From: an uncultured delta proteobacterium
GTDB taxonomy: Bacteria; Myxococcota_A; Polyangia; Polyangiales; Polyangiaceae
DNA length: 64,000 nucleotides
Assembly: GCA_963716725.1 (NCBI GenBank)
Contig: CAVQUB010000015.1
Location: 512,001-576,000 of the forward strand
Direction of reading: 5' to 3'
Shown: piece by piece, positions 37,081 to 47,914 of the stretch
Numbering within the stretch: position 1 is the first letter of the stretch
How the letters are laid out: each line of letters opens with the position of its first letter
The notes under the pieces: model-generated
Database searches by the model: none
The model's input: only the letters and a program-made list of their open reading frames with translations
What the model was told of the DNA's origin: nothing
Program-made: the position numbers and the translations under genes

Positions 37081-38739
37081 GAGCCCTGATCGCGGCCGCG
37101 GCCTGCGTCGGCTGCACGGCGCTGGTCGGCACCGGCCGGCCCGAAGCTCCGGCCGGCGTCCGCGCCGTCGAGGGCCGCCTCGAGGGCGAGCGTTACTTGC
37201 TCGCGGACGCCCGCCGTGCGCGTGAAGCAGGCGCCAGCGAACAGCAGGTCGTGGCGGTGGACGCCGGCGCGCCCGGGGATCGGATCTCTGGCTTCCTGAG
37301 TGTTCCGGGCGACGCCTGCGCGCTGGTCATGGCGCGCGGCTCCGCGGAGGTCGACGACATCGATCTGTTTGCGTTCGGCGAAGACGGCACGATGCTCGGC
37401 GCGGACGAGCGAGCCAGCAAGACGCCGATCTTCCTGATCTGTCCGCCGCACCCGGAGCGAGTCTATTTCGAGCGCGCGGGTCTCCTCCGGCTTCGGCCTG
37501 GTCGCCGTCGGCGCGCAGACCGTCACGCCGAAGGCCTCGGCGGCCGTGGGCGCAGCCCTCGCGGTCCCGGGCTACGGGACCCACGCCGCGAGCGAGGGCT
37601 TCGCCGAGGTCGATCGCGCGCTCGCCCTGCATCGGCGCGGGATCGGCGGGCGATGGCAAGAGCTGCGCCGAGCAGCCTTGCCGGTCGAGCCGGGCACGCC
37701 GAGCCTGATTTCTGCGGTCATCGAACCGAATCGCTGCCTCGACGCCTGGGTCGCACCGACCGAGGCGGTGTCGCACCTCGACGTGTCGCTGATCGACGCC
37801 GAGGGGCGCATCGCGGGCCGCGCCGTCGCCCACGGACGGAGCCGCTTTTTGGTGGCCTGCGCCGCCGAAAAGACCGCGGTCTCGTTGGAAGTGCGCCCGC
37901 AGTCCGGGCGTGGCGTGGCCGTGGTCGTGCTATCGCAATCGAAGGATGGTGGCCGCGGCGAACTGGGAGCGCGCATCCCAGTCGTCGATCTCGGCGCGAT
38001 GCTGCCGCTCGACGAAGCTCTCGCCACGCTGGCGGAGCGATTGGACAAAGGCGACTACGACGCGCCCAAGCCAGTGCTGCGCGCGGAGCTCCCCGTGGCA
38101 CAGCGGAGCAGCGTCGATCTGACGCTTCGGGCGGGCTGCACCCGCTTCGATGCGGTGGGCGGACGACCGCTGTCAGGCATCGAAGCCTGGCTCTGGGCCG
38201 GCGACACCGCGCTGGTCGCGCACGACAGCGGCCCGAACCAGGTGACCCTCTTCTCGTGCAGCGCGGGCGGTCCGGCGCGGTTGGATCTCGAAGCGCTGGC
38301 GCGGTCGGGGCCGGTCGTGGTGGAGCAGCGACGATTTCGCAAAGTCGCGGACGTGCTCACCCAGCATCCGTTGGCCGCGAGTCGATTGCTGGGGCGCGTG
38401 CTCACGCGCGGTACGGTGCGTCGCGTCGATCAACTCGGTCTTCCGAAGCTGGCGGCGCTGAGCGAGACGAAGCGCGTGGATCTCGATCTGCTGATCCCCA
38501 TCGCTCGTTGCGCAGACGTGGTGCTGGCGCTTGGGCCCGGGGCGGCGGGAGCCGAAGTGCGCATTGTCGACAAGGCCACCGGCAAGGAAGTGGACCGCGG
38601 ATTGGGACGCCACCACGCCGCGGCCCGCGGCTGCGCGCTCGACCGTCGGGGATCCCTTCAGGCCCGCGCCGAGTTGACCGTCACGAGCGGGAGCACCGAT
38701 GCCTTGGTGCTCACGCGCCAGATCTCGCCGGCCGAATGA
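37077..38739 (+). CDS. Secreted hypothetical protein with repeated modules, frameshift near 37470
   Basis: MRALIAAAACVGC start; repeated DIDL/HLDV modules continue in the 37546-38739 frame. Confidence 0.6.
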
Positions 38740-38935
38740 TTCTCCTGTAATTGCAGGCAATTGCGGCCGTGTGGCGAGGGGGTCGCGGTGGCTCGCGAAG
38801 CTCAAAACCTACAGTGGCGTTTTCCGTGGCTTTCGGGCTAACCTGCGCCCCGCACTCAGGGTGCAGCAAGATTTCGAGCGGGTTCGGAACTGGGTAAGCA
38901 GAGCGAAAGCGGACTGCGGAAAGAGGAGCACACAG

Positions 38936-39394
38936 ATGATGGAGCAGCAGACGGGCATTCAGGCACAAGGTGGAGGCTACGGACCGCCTCCGGGCGGGTA
39001 CGGTCCTCCGGGCGGTGCGCCTGGTGGGTACGGTGCGCCTCCCGGGATGCCTGGTGCTCCGATGGGGCCTCCCGGCGGGATGCCGATGGCGCCGCCCGGT
39101 GGTGGAATGCCCCCCGGCATGGGCGGCGGCGCGCCGCCGGACCTCGAGGCACACGTCAAGAAGTGGTTCACGCTGTCGATCGTCTCGATCTTCTGCGGCT
39201 GCGGTATGCTCGGCCTGATCAACGTCTGGATGGCGATGCAAGCCAAGGACGCTTTGGCCAAGGGCGACTCGGCCGGAGCAGCCGAGAAGATCAAGACCGC
39301 ACGTATGCTCTGCATCGTCGGCTACGTGATCTTCGGTCTGTATGTCTTGGGCGGCATCGCCTACGGCATCATGATGGCCATCGCGCTGAGCTGA
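38936..39394 (+). CDS. CD225/dispanin-like membrane protein with Pro/Gly-rich N-terminus
   Basis: GGYGPPPG repeats; LSIVSIFCGCGMLGLI...GDSAGAAEKIKTAR plus TM helix. Confidence 0.65.
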   Translation: MMEQQTGIQAQGGGYGPPPGGYGPPGGAPGGYGAPPGMPGAPMGPPGGMPMAPPGGGMPPGMGGGAPPDLEAHVKKWFTLSIVSIFCGCGMLGLINVWMAMQAKDALAKGDSAGAAEKIKTARMLCIVGYVIFGLYVLGGIAYGIMMAIALS

Positions 39395-39415
39395 GCCGCG
39401 ACCACGGTCGAAACG

Positions 39416-39453
39416 AGGGCGTCGCCGGTTTCGGCGGCGCCCTTCTTCTATTT
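39416..39453 (+). terminator. Putative intrinsic terminator
   Basis: agggcgtcgccg-gttt-cggcggcgccct stem followed by tcttctattt. Confidence 0.5.
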
Positions 39454-39525
39454 GCGCCCAGACTCGCTTTTTCCGCTCGATCCGAAAGATCGAGCCCGGC
39501 GCCGCGCTCCGGGTACCATCGGAGT

Positions 39526-41994
39526 ATGTCGACCTTACGCTTTGGGCTCTGCTTTCTGGGCATCGGTGCGGCTGTCGCGAGCGCGTGCGGCGGGGATGAC
39601 GGTGGCACGGCCGGCCCGAGCGTCGGCGGCACCGCCGGTGACGCCTCGCTCGGCGGTACCGGGGGTGGTGGTACTGGCGGCACCGGCGGCGGGGTGAACA
39701 TCGACTCCGGCGGCGACGACTGCAACGCGCAGAAGCCCTGTGAAGCCGGCGTGTGCGTCGGCGGCAAGTGCTGTCCTTCGGCGGAGCAGGCCTGCGGCAG
39801 CGCCTGCTGCGGCGGCGCTGAGGTTTGCCTCTTCGAACAGTGCGTCGTGCCGGGCAAGTCGTGTCAGTCCGCAGCCGACTGCGCGACGGGTGAGTATTGC
39901 GAGACGGCCCTCGGCACGGCGCCACCCGACGGCGGCGTGTCAGACGCTGGTGGCGGCGACTCCGGCGCCGCGTGCTCGCAGCCGGTGCCGGCCAACGGCA
40001 AGTGCGTGAAGCTGCCGCCCATCTGCGAGGGCGACGGCGGCGCGCCCGACGGTGGAACCTGCGTGCAGAAGTGTGAGTACAAACCGCCGTCCGGCGTGCT
40101 GACCGCGGTCAAGAAGTGGCAGTGGGGCACCGACGCCGCGCCGAAGCAGTTCCCCGGCTTCGCCGACGTGTGGTCGACGCCCACGGTGGCCCGCGTGGCA
40201 GACGCCAACTGCGACGGCAAGGTCGACGAGACCGATCCTCCCAACGTGATCTTCGTTTCGGGGAACGCCCAGCAAACCTGCTGCTCCTGCGGCACGGCCA
40301 CCCCGAGCACCTGCCTGACGGGCAAGCTCCGCCTGCTCGACGGGCAGAGCGGCAAGGAAATCTGGTCCCTCGACAAGGGCAAGGCCGGAGCCCTGGGTTT
40401 TGCCGGCCTGTCGGTCGCCCTCGGAGACATCGACGGCGACAAGAACATCGACATCGTGGCCATGACGGGCGACGGCTACATTGCCGTCGTCGATCACCAG
40501 GGCAAGGTCGTGGCGGTGAGCGACAAAGCCGTCGACACCGCGGTCGCCGGCGCCTTCGGCTGGGGTGGCGGTATCGCCATCGGCGACATGGACGGCGATG
40601 GCGCCCCGGAGATCGCCTACGGGCGCAACCTGTTCTCGACCAAGGGCGGCACCATCACGCGGCTGTGGGTGGGCACTGGCGGCAACGGCGGCGGCGGCGG
40701 GCGCGAGCTTTCGTTCTTCGCGGATCTGAACGGCGACGGCAAGCTCGAGTTGGTCGCGGGCAACACCGCCTACAAGATCGACGGCACGGCGCTCTGGACT
40801 GCTCCCCCAACGGTGACCAACGGCTACAACGCCGTCGCGGACTTCGACAGCGACGGCAAGCCCGAGGTCGTGGTGGTGTCCGCTGGCAAGCTGTGGGTGC
40901 TCGAAGGCGCGACCGGCGCCATCGAGCTCGGCCCCCTCACCCTGCCCAGCACCGGCGAAGGAGGCCCGCCCACCGTCGCGGACTTCGACGGCGACGGCAA
41001 GCGCGAGATCGGCGTCGCCCAACAGGCGAAGTACGCGATGGTGAAGCCCAACTACGCCACGAGCAAGATCGACGTGGTCTGGACCGCCCCGAACCACGAT
41101 CTCTCGTCCAGCGTCACCGGATCGAGCGTGTTCGACTTTGACGGCGATGGCACCGCCGAGGTCGTCTACAACGACGAGTGCTTCCTCTGGGTGTACGACG
41201 GAAAGACCGGCAAAGTTCTGTTCGCGACGCCCACCACCTCGTTCACGGCAACCGAGGCGTCGCTCGTCGCGGACGTCGATGGCGACGGTCACTCTGAGAT
41301 CCTGATGGGCTCCAACGGCGCCGATCCCAGCTCGGCGGGTTGGAAGTGCGACGTCGCGCCGTGGAATCAGCCCGACGCGGCCAATAACCGCCCAGCCTGG
41401 AAGGCGCCCCCGGGCAAGCCCGCATTCCGCGGCATCACCGCCTTCGGCGACAAGCAGAACAGCTGGGTCGGCACGCGCACGGTGTGGAACCAGCACGCCT
41501 ACTCGGTCTCGAACGTCTGCGACTCCCGCGACAGCGCCTGCGCTCCTCCGAACCTCTACGGCTCGATCCCCACCGCGCAGAAGCCCAACTGGACTCAGCC
41601 GTGGCTCAACAACTTCCGCCAGAACGTGCAAGACAAGGGCATCTTCGACGCGCCCGACGTGGTGGTGAAGGTGGACGTGGTCTGCTCGAACCCGATCGTG
41701 GTCAAGGTCAGCGTGCGCAACATCGGCCTGGCCGGACTGCCAGCCGGAGTCACGGTCGCGGTGTTCGTCGACCAGGGCGGTACGCAGACTCAGCTGGGAA
41801 CGGTCGTGACGACCAAGCCGCTCCTCCCGGGCCAGACTGAGGTCATCGACTTCACCGTGCCGTCCGGCGCAGCTCAGACCACCGATGGGTTCTTGGCGAA
41901 GGTGGTCATCGATCCCAAGAACAAGACCTTCAACGAGTGCCGAGACGACAACAACGAGAGCGCTGTCGTGAAGCCGAAGTGCGGGCCGCAGTGA
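39526..41994 (+). CDS. FG-GAP/VCBS repeat lipoprotein with C-terminal CARDB-like domain
   Basis: ASAC lipobox, Cys-rich region, many DxDGDG motifs, WNQHAY, NECRDDNN. Confidence 0.82.
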   Translation: MSTLRFGLCFLGIGAAVASACGGDDGGTAGPSVGGTAGDASLGGTGGGGTGGTGGGVNIDSGGDDCNAQKPCEAGVCVGGKCCPSAEQACGSACCGGAEVCLFEQCVVPGKSCQSAADCATGEYCETALGTAPPDGGVSDAGGGDSGAACSQPVPANGKCVKLPPICEGDGGAPDGGTCVQKCEYKPPSGVLTAVKKWQWGTDAAPKQFPGFADVWSTPTVARVADANCDGKVDETDPPNVIFVSGNAQQTCCSCGTATPSTCLTGKLRLLDGQSGKEIWSLDKGKAGALGFAGLSVALGDIDGDKNIDIVAMTGDGYIAVVDHQGKVVAVSDKAVDTAVAGAFGWGGGIAIGDMDGDGAPEIAYGRNLFSTKGGTITRLWVGTGGNGGGGGRELSFFADLNGDGKLELVAGNTAYKIDGTALWTAPPTVTNGYNAVADFDSDGKPEVVVVSAGKLWVLEGATGAIELGPLTLPSTGEGGPPTVADFDGDGKREIGVAQQAKYAMVKPNYATSKIDVVWTAPNHDLSSSVTGSSVFDFDGDGTAEVVYNDECFLWVYDGKTGKVLFATPTTSFTATEASLVADVDGDGHSEILMGSNGADPSSAGWKCDVAPWNQPDAANNRPAWKAPPGKPAFRGITAFGDKQNSWVGTRTVWNQHAYSVSNVCDSRDSACAPPNLYGSIPTAQKPNWTQPWLNNFRQNVQDKGIFDAPDVVVKVDVVCSNPIVVKVSVRNIGLAGLPAGVTVAVFVDQGGTQTQLGTVVTTKPLLPGQTEVIDFTVPSGAAQTTDGFLAKVVIDPKNKTFNECRDDNNESAVVKPKCGPQ

Positions 41995-41998
41995 TGCG

Positions 41999-43756
41999 TC
42001 ACTCGTAGGGGTTGGCCTCGAGGCCGCCCGCGGGTTTTCCGCCCACGGGTTTTCCGCCCACCACCGGCTTCTTGTCGATGGGCCGCGTCACCTGCAAATC
42101 CCCCGGCTTGACGGGGGCGCCGCCGACGCTGCGGACCCGGATCGCCGTGTTGTCGTTGGGCGTGATCGACTCGGTGATCTCACTGCCGTCGCTGAGACGC
42201 ACCACCAGCGTCAAGCTCTGATCCGAGCGCGGCAGATCGAACTCGGCGCCTTTGTCGCGGAATTTGACGCCCACGACTCCGGGACCGCGGATCTCCGCGA
42301 TCTCGGTGTCCGCGGTGACCACCACCCGCACGAGGGCAGAGGGCACGTTCAGCGAGGGCGGTGCCAACGTGCTGCTGCCGCGAGGGCCCGCGCTGCCCGG
42401 GGGCGAGGCGGCCTGAGTGCCGCGGCTGACCAGCGTGGCAAACACGACCACGAGTCCCAGCGCGAGGCTGCCCAGAGCGCTCGCGAGCACCACCAGCGTG
42501 AGGCGCTTCCGCCGTTGGTGCTCGTCCACCTCGGCCTGGGTGATCGCCGGGACCACCTTGACGCTGTCGAGCGTCAGCGGAGCGGAAGTGCCCGCGGTGG
42601 AGCCGGTGCCGGAACTTTGGGTCTGCCGGAGCGCGCGGAACCCGGCCGGCGCTCGGGTTCCGGCCAGCACCGCGGCCAGGGCCTTGCGGCGCTCGAGCAC
42701 CGCTGTCCCGCAGAACTCTTGGACCAAACGCGCGATCTCGGCGCTGCTGACCAGCTCCGAGTGCACCCTGGCCCAGCCCTCGAAGGCATCAGCCAGAGCC
42801 GCCGCGGTGGGCCAGCGATCGTTGGGGCTCGGTGAGAGCGCCCGCATCACGATGCGCTCGAGCTCCGCCGGAATGCTGGCGTCCACGCTGGAGGGCGACC
42901 GGTACTTGCCCTCGGCGACCTCGAGCAAAATCTGTGCGTCGTTCTCGGCCTTGAACAGGCGCTCGCCGACGAAGAGCTCCCAGGCCACGATGCCCATGGC
43001 GAAGACATCGACGCGGCGGTCGATGGCGCCGCCTCGGGCCTGCTCTGGCGCCATGTAGCGGAACTTGCCTTTGGCCAGGCCGGTTGCCGTGTGCACCGAG
43101 CGCTCCGCGGCCTTGGCGATGCCGAAGTCCGTGAGCCGGACGGTGCCGTCCGAGCCCAGCAAGAGATTGTGCGGCGTCGCGTCGCGGTGGACGACTCCGA
43201 GCGGCACGCCGTTCATGTTGGTGATCTCGTGAGCTGCGTGCAGCCCTGCCAGCGAGTCGATCAAGATGCGGATGGCGGCGGGACGCGAAATCCGCTCGCC
43301 GCGCTTGCGAGCCGCGCGCATCACGTTGGCCAGGCTCGGGCCGTCCACGTAGTCCATCACGAGCAGGTGCTCGCCCTGCGCGTCGTGCACATCTTGAACC
43401 GCCACGACGTTGGGGTGGCGGATGAGCGACGCGATCCGCGCTTCGTCCATGAACGACGCCGCGAGCTCGGGCTCGGCGCCGATGTGAGGGTGCATGCGCT
43501 TGATGGCGACCAGGCGCTCGAAGCCCCCTGCCCCGTACTGCCGGCCGACGTAGACCGTGGCCATGCCGCCCGACGCGACCTCGAGCAAGAGTTCGTAGCG
43601 GCCCACCTGCTGCATCCGCGGCACGCCCATGGCGGGCGCGGTTGCCGTTGGGCTCGAGACATACGCCTCGCGAGCGTCGAGGGCGCGGGTCAGCTCGATT
43701 TCGCTCATGGTGAGCTCCTCGAGCGACGCGGTGTCGTCGTTGGCGCCGTCGGTCAT
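41999..43756 (-). CDS. Membrane Ser/Thr protein kinase
   Basis: GGMATVY, VAIK, HRD, DFGIAK, YMAPE, one TM helix, C-terminal NPYE. Confidence 0.92.
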   Translation of the reverse strand: MTDGANDDTASLEELTMSEIELTRALDAREAYVSSPTATAPAMGVPRMQQVGRYELLLEVASGGMATVYVGRQYGAGGFERLVAIKRMHPHIGAEPELAASFMDEARIASLIRHPNVVAVQDVHDAQGEHLLVMDYVDGPSLANVMRAARKRGERISRPAAIRILIDSLAGLHAAHEITNMNGVPLGVVHRDATPHNLLLGSDGTVRLTDFGIAKAAERSVHTATGLAKGKFRYMAPEQARGGAIDRRVDVFAMGIVAWELFVGERLFKAENDAQILLEVAEGKYRSPSSVDASIPAELERIVMRALSPSPNDRWPTAAALADAFEGWARVHSELVSSAEIARLVQEFCGTAVLERRKALAAVLAGTRAPAGFRALRQTQSSGTGSTAGTSAPLTLDSVKVVPAITQAEVDEHQRRKRLTLVVLASALGSLALGLVVVFATLVSRGTQAASPPGSAGPRGSSTLAPPSLNVPSALVRVVVTADTEIAEIRGPGVVGVKFRDKGAEFDLPRSDQSLTLVVRLSDGSEITESITPNDNTAIRVRSVGGAPVKPGDLQVTRPIDKKPVVGGKPVGGKPAGGLEANPYE

Positions 43757-44694
43757 CAGAAGCGCCCCCGCGCGCCGACGAAGCTCGGGCCGATGATCAA
43801 ACCGGCATCCTCCGGCGGGGGCTTGGGCTTCGAGCTGCCTTTCCAGTTGGTGAAAAATAGCCCGATGACCGCGGTGCCGACTCCGGCCACCGCCGTCGCG
43901 CCGAGCAAGAGGTTGGTCCGACTCTGCTTGGCTTGACCGTCGTCGAGGGCGCTCTGGGACGGATCGGTCTCGAACTCGTCCCGCGCGCGGTTGGTGTCGA
44001 GCCCGCTCCAGAGCGTGACGCCGCCCACCACGGCGGTCAGCCCGATGCCGACGTAGAACCAGGTCGGCGACAGCGCTTTGTCGTCTCTCTTGGTCGTGTC
44101 CGCTGCGTTCGGCGGCGGCGCCTCGGTTTCGCCCTCTTCTTCGAGTTCAACGCGCTCGGATTTGGGCGGCTCGAGCGCGACCTTCACCAGACTGCCCGCC
44201 ACGACAGTGAGCTTGCGCTGCACGGTCCTGCCGCCGAACTCGCCGTTGACCGTGTGATCCCCGGGGTCGACGTAGGAGATCTCGACGACGATGGGCTTGC
44301 CGTCGAGCTCGACGTTCTTGGCGCCGCGATCGAGGATCTGAATTCGGCCGAGCATCGGGGTGAGCTCGGCAATCAAAGCGTTGGCTTTTTCGCGCCGCGA
44401 GTCATCCTCGGGGGCATCCCGCAGATAGCGCGCGCACAAGTTGGCTGCGCGCACCAGTTGACCGGCCTTCTGATGAGCGGTGGCGGCGTTGAACAGCGCC
44501 GCCGGATGCGGCGCGATGGCGTGGGCCTCTTCGAAGGCCTTGGCCGCGACGGCGTACTGGTGGCGCTTGAAGGCCTTCTCGCCTTCCTTGAACTTCTGGG
44601 CGGCCTCGGTCTTCGAGTCCTGGGCAATGGCCGGCCCGGGCACGGAAAGCGCCAGGGCGAACACGACGAGGGCGAGCGAAGAACGACGCGGCAC
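43756..44694 (-). CDS. Exported TPR/PEGA-like protein
   Basis: Signal peptide, TPR helices (FKEGEKAF...ALFNAA), C-terminal hydrophobic segments ending GRF; coupled to the kinase. Confidence 0.75.
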   Translation of the reverse strand: MPRRSSLALVVFALALSVPGPAIAQDSKTEAAQKFKEGEKAFKRHQYAVAAKAFEEAHAIAPHPAALFNAATAHQKAGQLVRAANLCARYLRDAPEDDSRREKANALIAELTPMLGRIQILDRGAKNVELDGKPIVVEISYVDPGDHTVNGEFGGRTVQRKLTVVAGSLVKVALEPPKSERVELEEEGETEAPPPNAADTTKRDDKALSPTWFYVGIGLTAVVGGVTLWSGLDTNRARDEFETDPSQSALDDGQAKQSRTNLLLGATAVAGVGTAVIGLFFTNWKGSSKPKPPPEDAGLIIGPSFVGARGRF

Positions 44695-44809
44695 GGGGCG
44701 ACCCACATGGTACCGCCCAGGCTCGCCCGGGGCCAGAGTCGGTGGGGTTCCGACGCCTTTCGGGGACTCGACACCCCCCGACGCGAGCGCCGGCAGCCCC
44801 CGGCAGCGG

Positions 44810-47770
44810 TCAGATGGAACCTCGTCGTCGACGCAGCCCCGCCGCGCCAATCAGCAACAACAGGGCGACCTTGCCGCTAGAATTCTGCTCGGCACCCGCA
44901 GTTCGACAGCCGCAGCCGCCGTCGTCGTCGACATCGAAGGGCGCTGCCTTCGACCCACCTGCGCCGCCGGACGATGAACCGCCGGACGATGAACCGCCGG
45001 ACGATGAACCGCCGGACGATGAACCGCCGGACGATGAGCCGCCGGACGATGAACCGCCGGACGATGAGCCGCCGGACGATGAACCACCAGCTCCGGCGGT
45101 TCCACCAGTCGATGCTCCACCGGCTCCGGCAGTTCCGCCGGTCGAGGTTCCGCCGGTTCCGCCGGTCGAGGTTCCGCCGGTTCCGCCGGTCGAGGTTCCG
45201 CCGGTTCCGCCGGTTCCGCCGGTCGAGGTTCCGCCGGTTCCGCCGGTTCCGCCGGTCGAGGTTCCGCCGGTTCCGCCGGTTCCGCCGGTCGAGGTTCCGC
45301 CGGTTCCGCCGGTTCCGCTCGGTTGACAGGTGCCGGACTGGCAGGTGCCTCCGGCGCAGGCGGAGCCGTCGGCCTTCGGCGGATTGCTGCACGCGCCGCT
45401 GGTCGAATCGCAGGTGCCCGCGACGTGACACTGATCGCTCGCGGTGCATGTCACCGGGTTGCTGCCGGTGCAGATTCCGGTCTGGCACGTGTCGGTTTGC
45501 GTGCAGGCGTTGCCATCGATGCACGAGGTGCCGTCGCCTTTCACTGGATTGCTGCACGTCCCGTCGATCGGGTTGCAGGTGCCCGCGACGTGGCACTGAT
45601 CGCTCGCGGTGCACGTCACCGGGTTGCTGCCGGTGCAGGTTCCGGTCTGGCACGTGTCGGTTTGCGTGCAGGCGTTGCCATCGGTGCACGCATTTCCCGT
45701 GGTGCTTCCGCAGGTGCCGTTCACGGCGGCTCCCGCGGCGACGCTGCAGGCCTGGCAGTCGGTCATCCCGCCGGCGCAGGCGGTGCCGCAACAAACGCCG
45801 TCCACGCAGAAGCCCAAGGCGCACTGCGTCGCGGCCGAGCACGGGTCGCCGTTCGCGGACTTCAGGGCGTAGACGTAGGTGCTGCCGGAGCCGTTCCCGT
45901 TGTCGTCGTCCTGCGACGAGCCCACCAGCGCGGTGGCGCCGTCCAGGGCAACAGACCACCCGAACAGGTCCCGAAGCGCCCCGTCGAAGGGCGTGAGTTT
46001 CACTGGCGGCGACCAGGTCGTGCCCGCGCGCGTGGAAAGGTACGCGCTGCCGGTGTGCGTGGTGGACCCGAGGAATCCGGGCGCGCCCACCAGCGCGACG
46101 TTGCCGCTCAACGCCACGGAATGGCCGAACCGGTCATTCGTCGCGCCGTCGGGCGCGGTGAGCTCGGTTTGTGCTGCCCAGCTCGTGCCCGTACGCAGGA
46201 ACACGTACGCGCTGCCGGAATTCCAGTCTTTGTCGTCGTCGTAGATGAACCCGACGAGCGCGGTGTCCCCGCTCAGAGCCACGGAACACCCGAACTGATC
46301 ATCCGCCGCGCCGCCGGAGGCGACGAGCTTCGCCTGCTCGGTCCACGCCGGCGTTGGGTTCGCGGTGACCACGAAGACGTAGGCGCTGCCCTTGTTGCCG
46401 TCGTCGTAGATGGACCCGACGAGCGCGGTGTCCCCGCTCAGAGCCACGGAAGACCCAAACTGATCGCCCGCCGCGCCGTCGGAGGCCGTGAGCTTCGCCT
46501 GCTGGGACCAGGCCGTCCCCGTGCGCACGAAGACGTACGCGCCGCCGGATCCCGATCCCTTGGCGTCGTGGCCTACGGCGCCGACGAGGGTGGTGTCCCC
46601 GCTCAGAGCCACGGAATACCCGAAATGATCGTCTGCCGCGCCGTCGGAGGCCGTGAGCTTCGCCTGCTCAGCCCAGGCCGTCCCCGTGCGCACGAAGACG
46701 TAGGCGCTGCCGGCGTCCTTTGCCGTGGTGTCGTTCAGGCGAGCGCCCACGACGGCCGTGTCGCCGCTCAGAGCCAAGGACCAACCGAACTCGTCGCTCG
46801 CGACGCCGTCGGAGGCCGTGAGCTTCGCTTGCTGGGACCAAATCGTCCCCGTACGCACCAACACGTAGGCGCTGCCCGAGCTCTTGCCCTTGTCGTCGTC
46901 GTAGACGGCCCCGACCAGCGCGGTGTCCCCGCTCAGTGCGACGGAGTACCCAAAAGCGTCGTCCTCGGCGCCGTCAGAGGCCGTCAGCTTGGCCTGGAAG
47001 GTTCCCACCAGCGGATCGATTTCCACCGGGAACTCCGCTCCGGCGACGTTGACCGCAAGCAGGATGCGGCCGGCCGGCGTGAGGCTCATGCGAGCGGGCA
47101 GCGCCGTGCCCTTCGCGTCCTTCGCAAAAAGATCGGAGTAGCGGTAGCGCTCGCCGCCCGCTGCCTCGAGCACGAGGGCGTCTCCCTCGGCTCGCACCCC
47201 AAAGCCCGCGGCCGCGACCTCGAGCACCAGCTCGCCGCCCTGCGCGGCGCAGGCCGGACGTGCGTCGACCGTGAACCCTTGTTCGAGGCCCATCGGACCG
47301 GTGAGGTACCACTCTTCCACCGCCACGCCGTCGACCTGCCGCGAATAGGCGACGCGGTTGTGTTCGAAGCTGGGCGCTGCGGCCGACACGCTCGCGGTTT
47401 CGCCCGCGCAGCCGAGCTGCTCGAGCGCCAGCCCGCCGTGCTCACCGGATCGCTCCGAGGCGATGTGCGCGCCGAGCGCGTCGTAGCGGACCGAAAAACC
47501 GCGCGCTTCGGCGACGAGTTGGTCGCCCCGCCGGCGGACCGCGTACTCGGGTCCGGCCCCCTGCTGCTGCGCGAAAATCGCTGCTGCGCGCAGCGCGTCG
47601 GTCGCGCCCGCGGCCCACTCGCCGGCCAGCGCGACGCTCGCCGAACTCCGAGCTCCCGCATCGGCGCCGTGCGGCGAGGACCGCTCCGGAGCGTCGCTCG
47701 ATTGCAGACAGCTGAACCACAGACACGCAACCGCCGCGAACAGCGGCCATTTCCACGCAGCACGCTCCAT
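44810..47770 (-). CDS. FG-GAP repeat surface protein with Cys-rich repeats and MYXO-CTERM-like tail
   Basis: Repeated KLTASDG..FGxSVALSGDTALVG; duplicated CTDGNACTQTDTC units; GGCGCR...LLLLIGAAGLRRRR. Confidence 0.88.
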   Translation of the reverse strand: MERAAWKWPLFAAVACLWFSCLQSSDAPERSSPHGADAGARSSASVALAGEWAAGATDALRAAAIFAQQQGAGPEYAVRRRGDQLVAEARGFSVRYDALGAHIASERSGEHGGLALEQLGCAGETASVSAAAPSFEHNRVAYSRQVDGVAVEEWYLTGPMGLEQGFTVDARPACAAQGGELVLEVAAAGFGVRAEGDALVLEAAGGERYRYSDLFAKDAKGTALPARMSLTPAGRILLAVNVAGAEFPVEIDPLVGTFQAKLTASDGAEDDAFGYSVALSGDTALVGAVYDDDKGKSSGSAYVLVRTGTIWSQQAKLTASDGVASDEFGWSLALSGDTAVVGARLNDTTAKDAGSAYVFVRTGTAWAEQAKLTASDGAADDHFGYSVALSGDTTLVGAVGHDAKGSGSGGAYVFVRTGTAWSQQAKLTASDGAAGDQFGSSVALSGDTALVGSIYDDGNKGSAYVFVVTANPTPAWTEQAKLVASGGAADDQFGCSVALSGDTALVGFIYDDDKDWNSGSAYVFLRTGTSWAAQTELTAPDGATNDRFGHSVALSGNVALVGAPGFLGSTTHTGSAYLSTRAGTTWSPPVKLTPFDGALRDLFGWSVALDGATALVGSSQDDDNGNGSGSTYVYALKSANGDPCSAATQCALGFCVDGVCCGTACAGGMTDCQACSVAAGAAVNGTCGSTTGNACTDGNACTQTDTCQTGTCTGSNPVTCTASDQCHVAGTCNPIDGTCSNPVKGDGTSCIDGNACTQTDTCQTGICTGSNPVTCTASDQCHVAGTCDSTSGACSNPPKADGSACAGGTCQSGTCQPSGTGGTGGTSTGGTGGTGGTSTGGTGGTGGTSTGGTGGTGGTSTGGTGGTSTGGTGGTSTGGTAGAGGASTGGTAGAGGSSSGGSSSGGSSSGGSSSGGSSSGGSSSGGSSSGGSSSGGAGGSKAAPFDVDDDGGCGCRTAGAEQNSSGKVALLLLIGAAGLRRRRGSI
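44964..45317 (-). repeat. Coding tandem repeats: 8 x 15 bp (SSSGG) plus GGTGGTST units
   Basis: ccgccggacgatga(a/g) x8 at 44964-45083; ttccgccgg/tcgagg units up to 45317. Confidence 0.85.
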
Positions 47771-47914
47771 GATGATCCCTCGCCTCCCCGTGGCCGCCCC
47801 CCAGCGTCCCCACCTCTCGAAGACGCTATCGGCGCTCGGGGCCACCCGTCAATCGCACCACGCGCGAAGGCGGTTTTCGGCCCCGTCTCGCCCACTGGGC
47901 GGCCGATCGCAGCC

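Noticed and set aside
44964..45317. Short regular repeats as CRISPR or an RNA array
   Set aside because: No spacers; they encode the Gly/Ser/Thr stalk of the surface protein.
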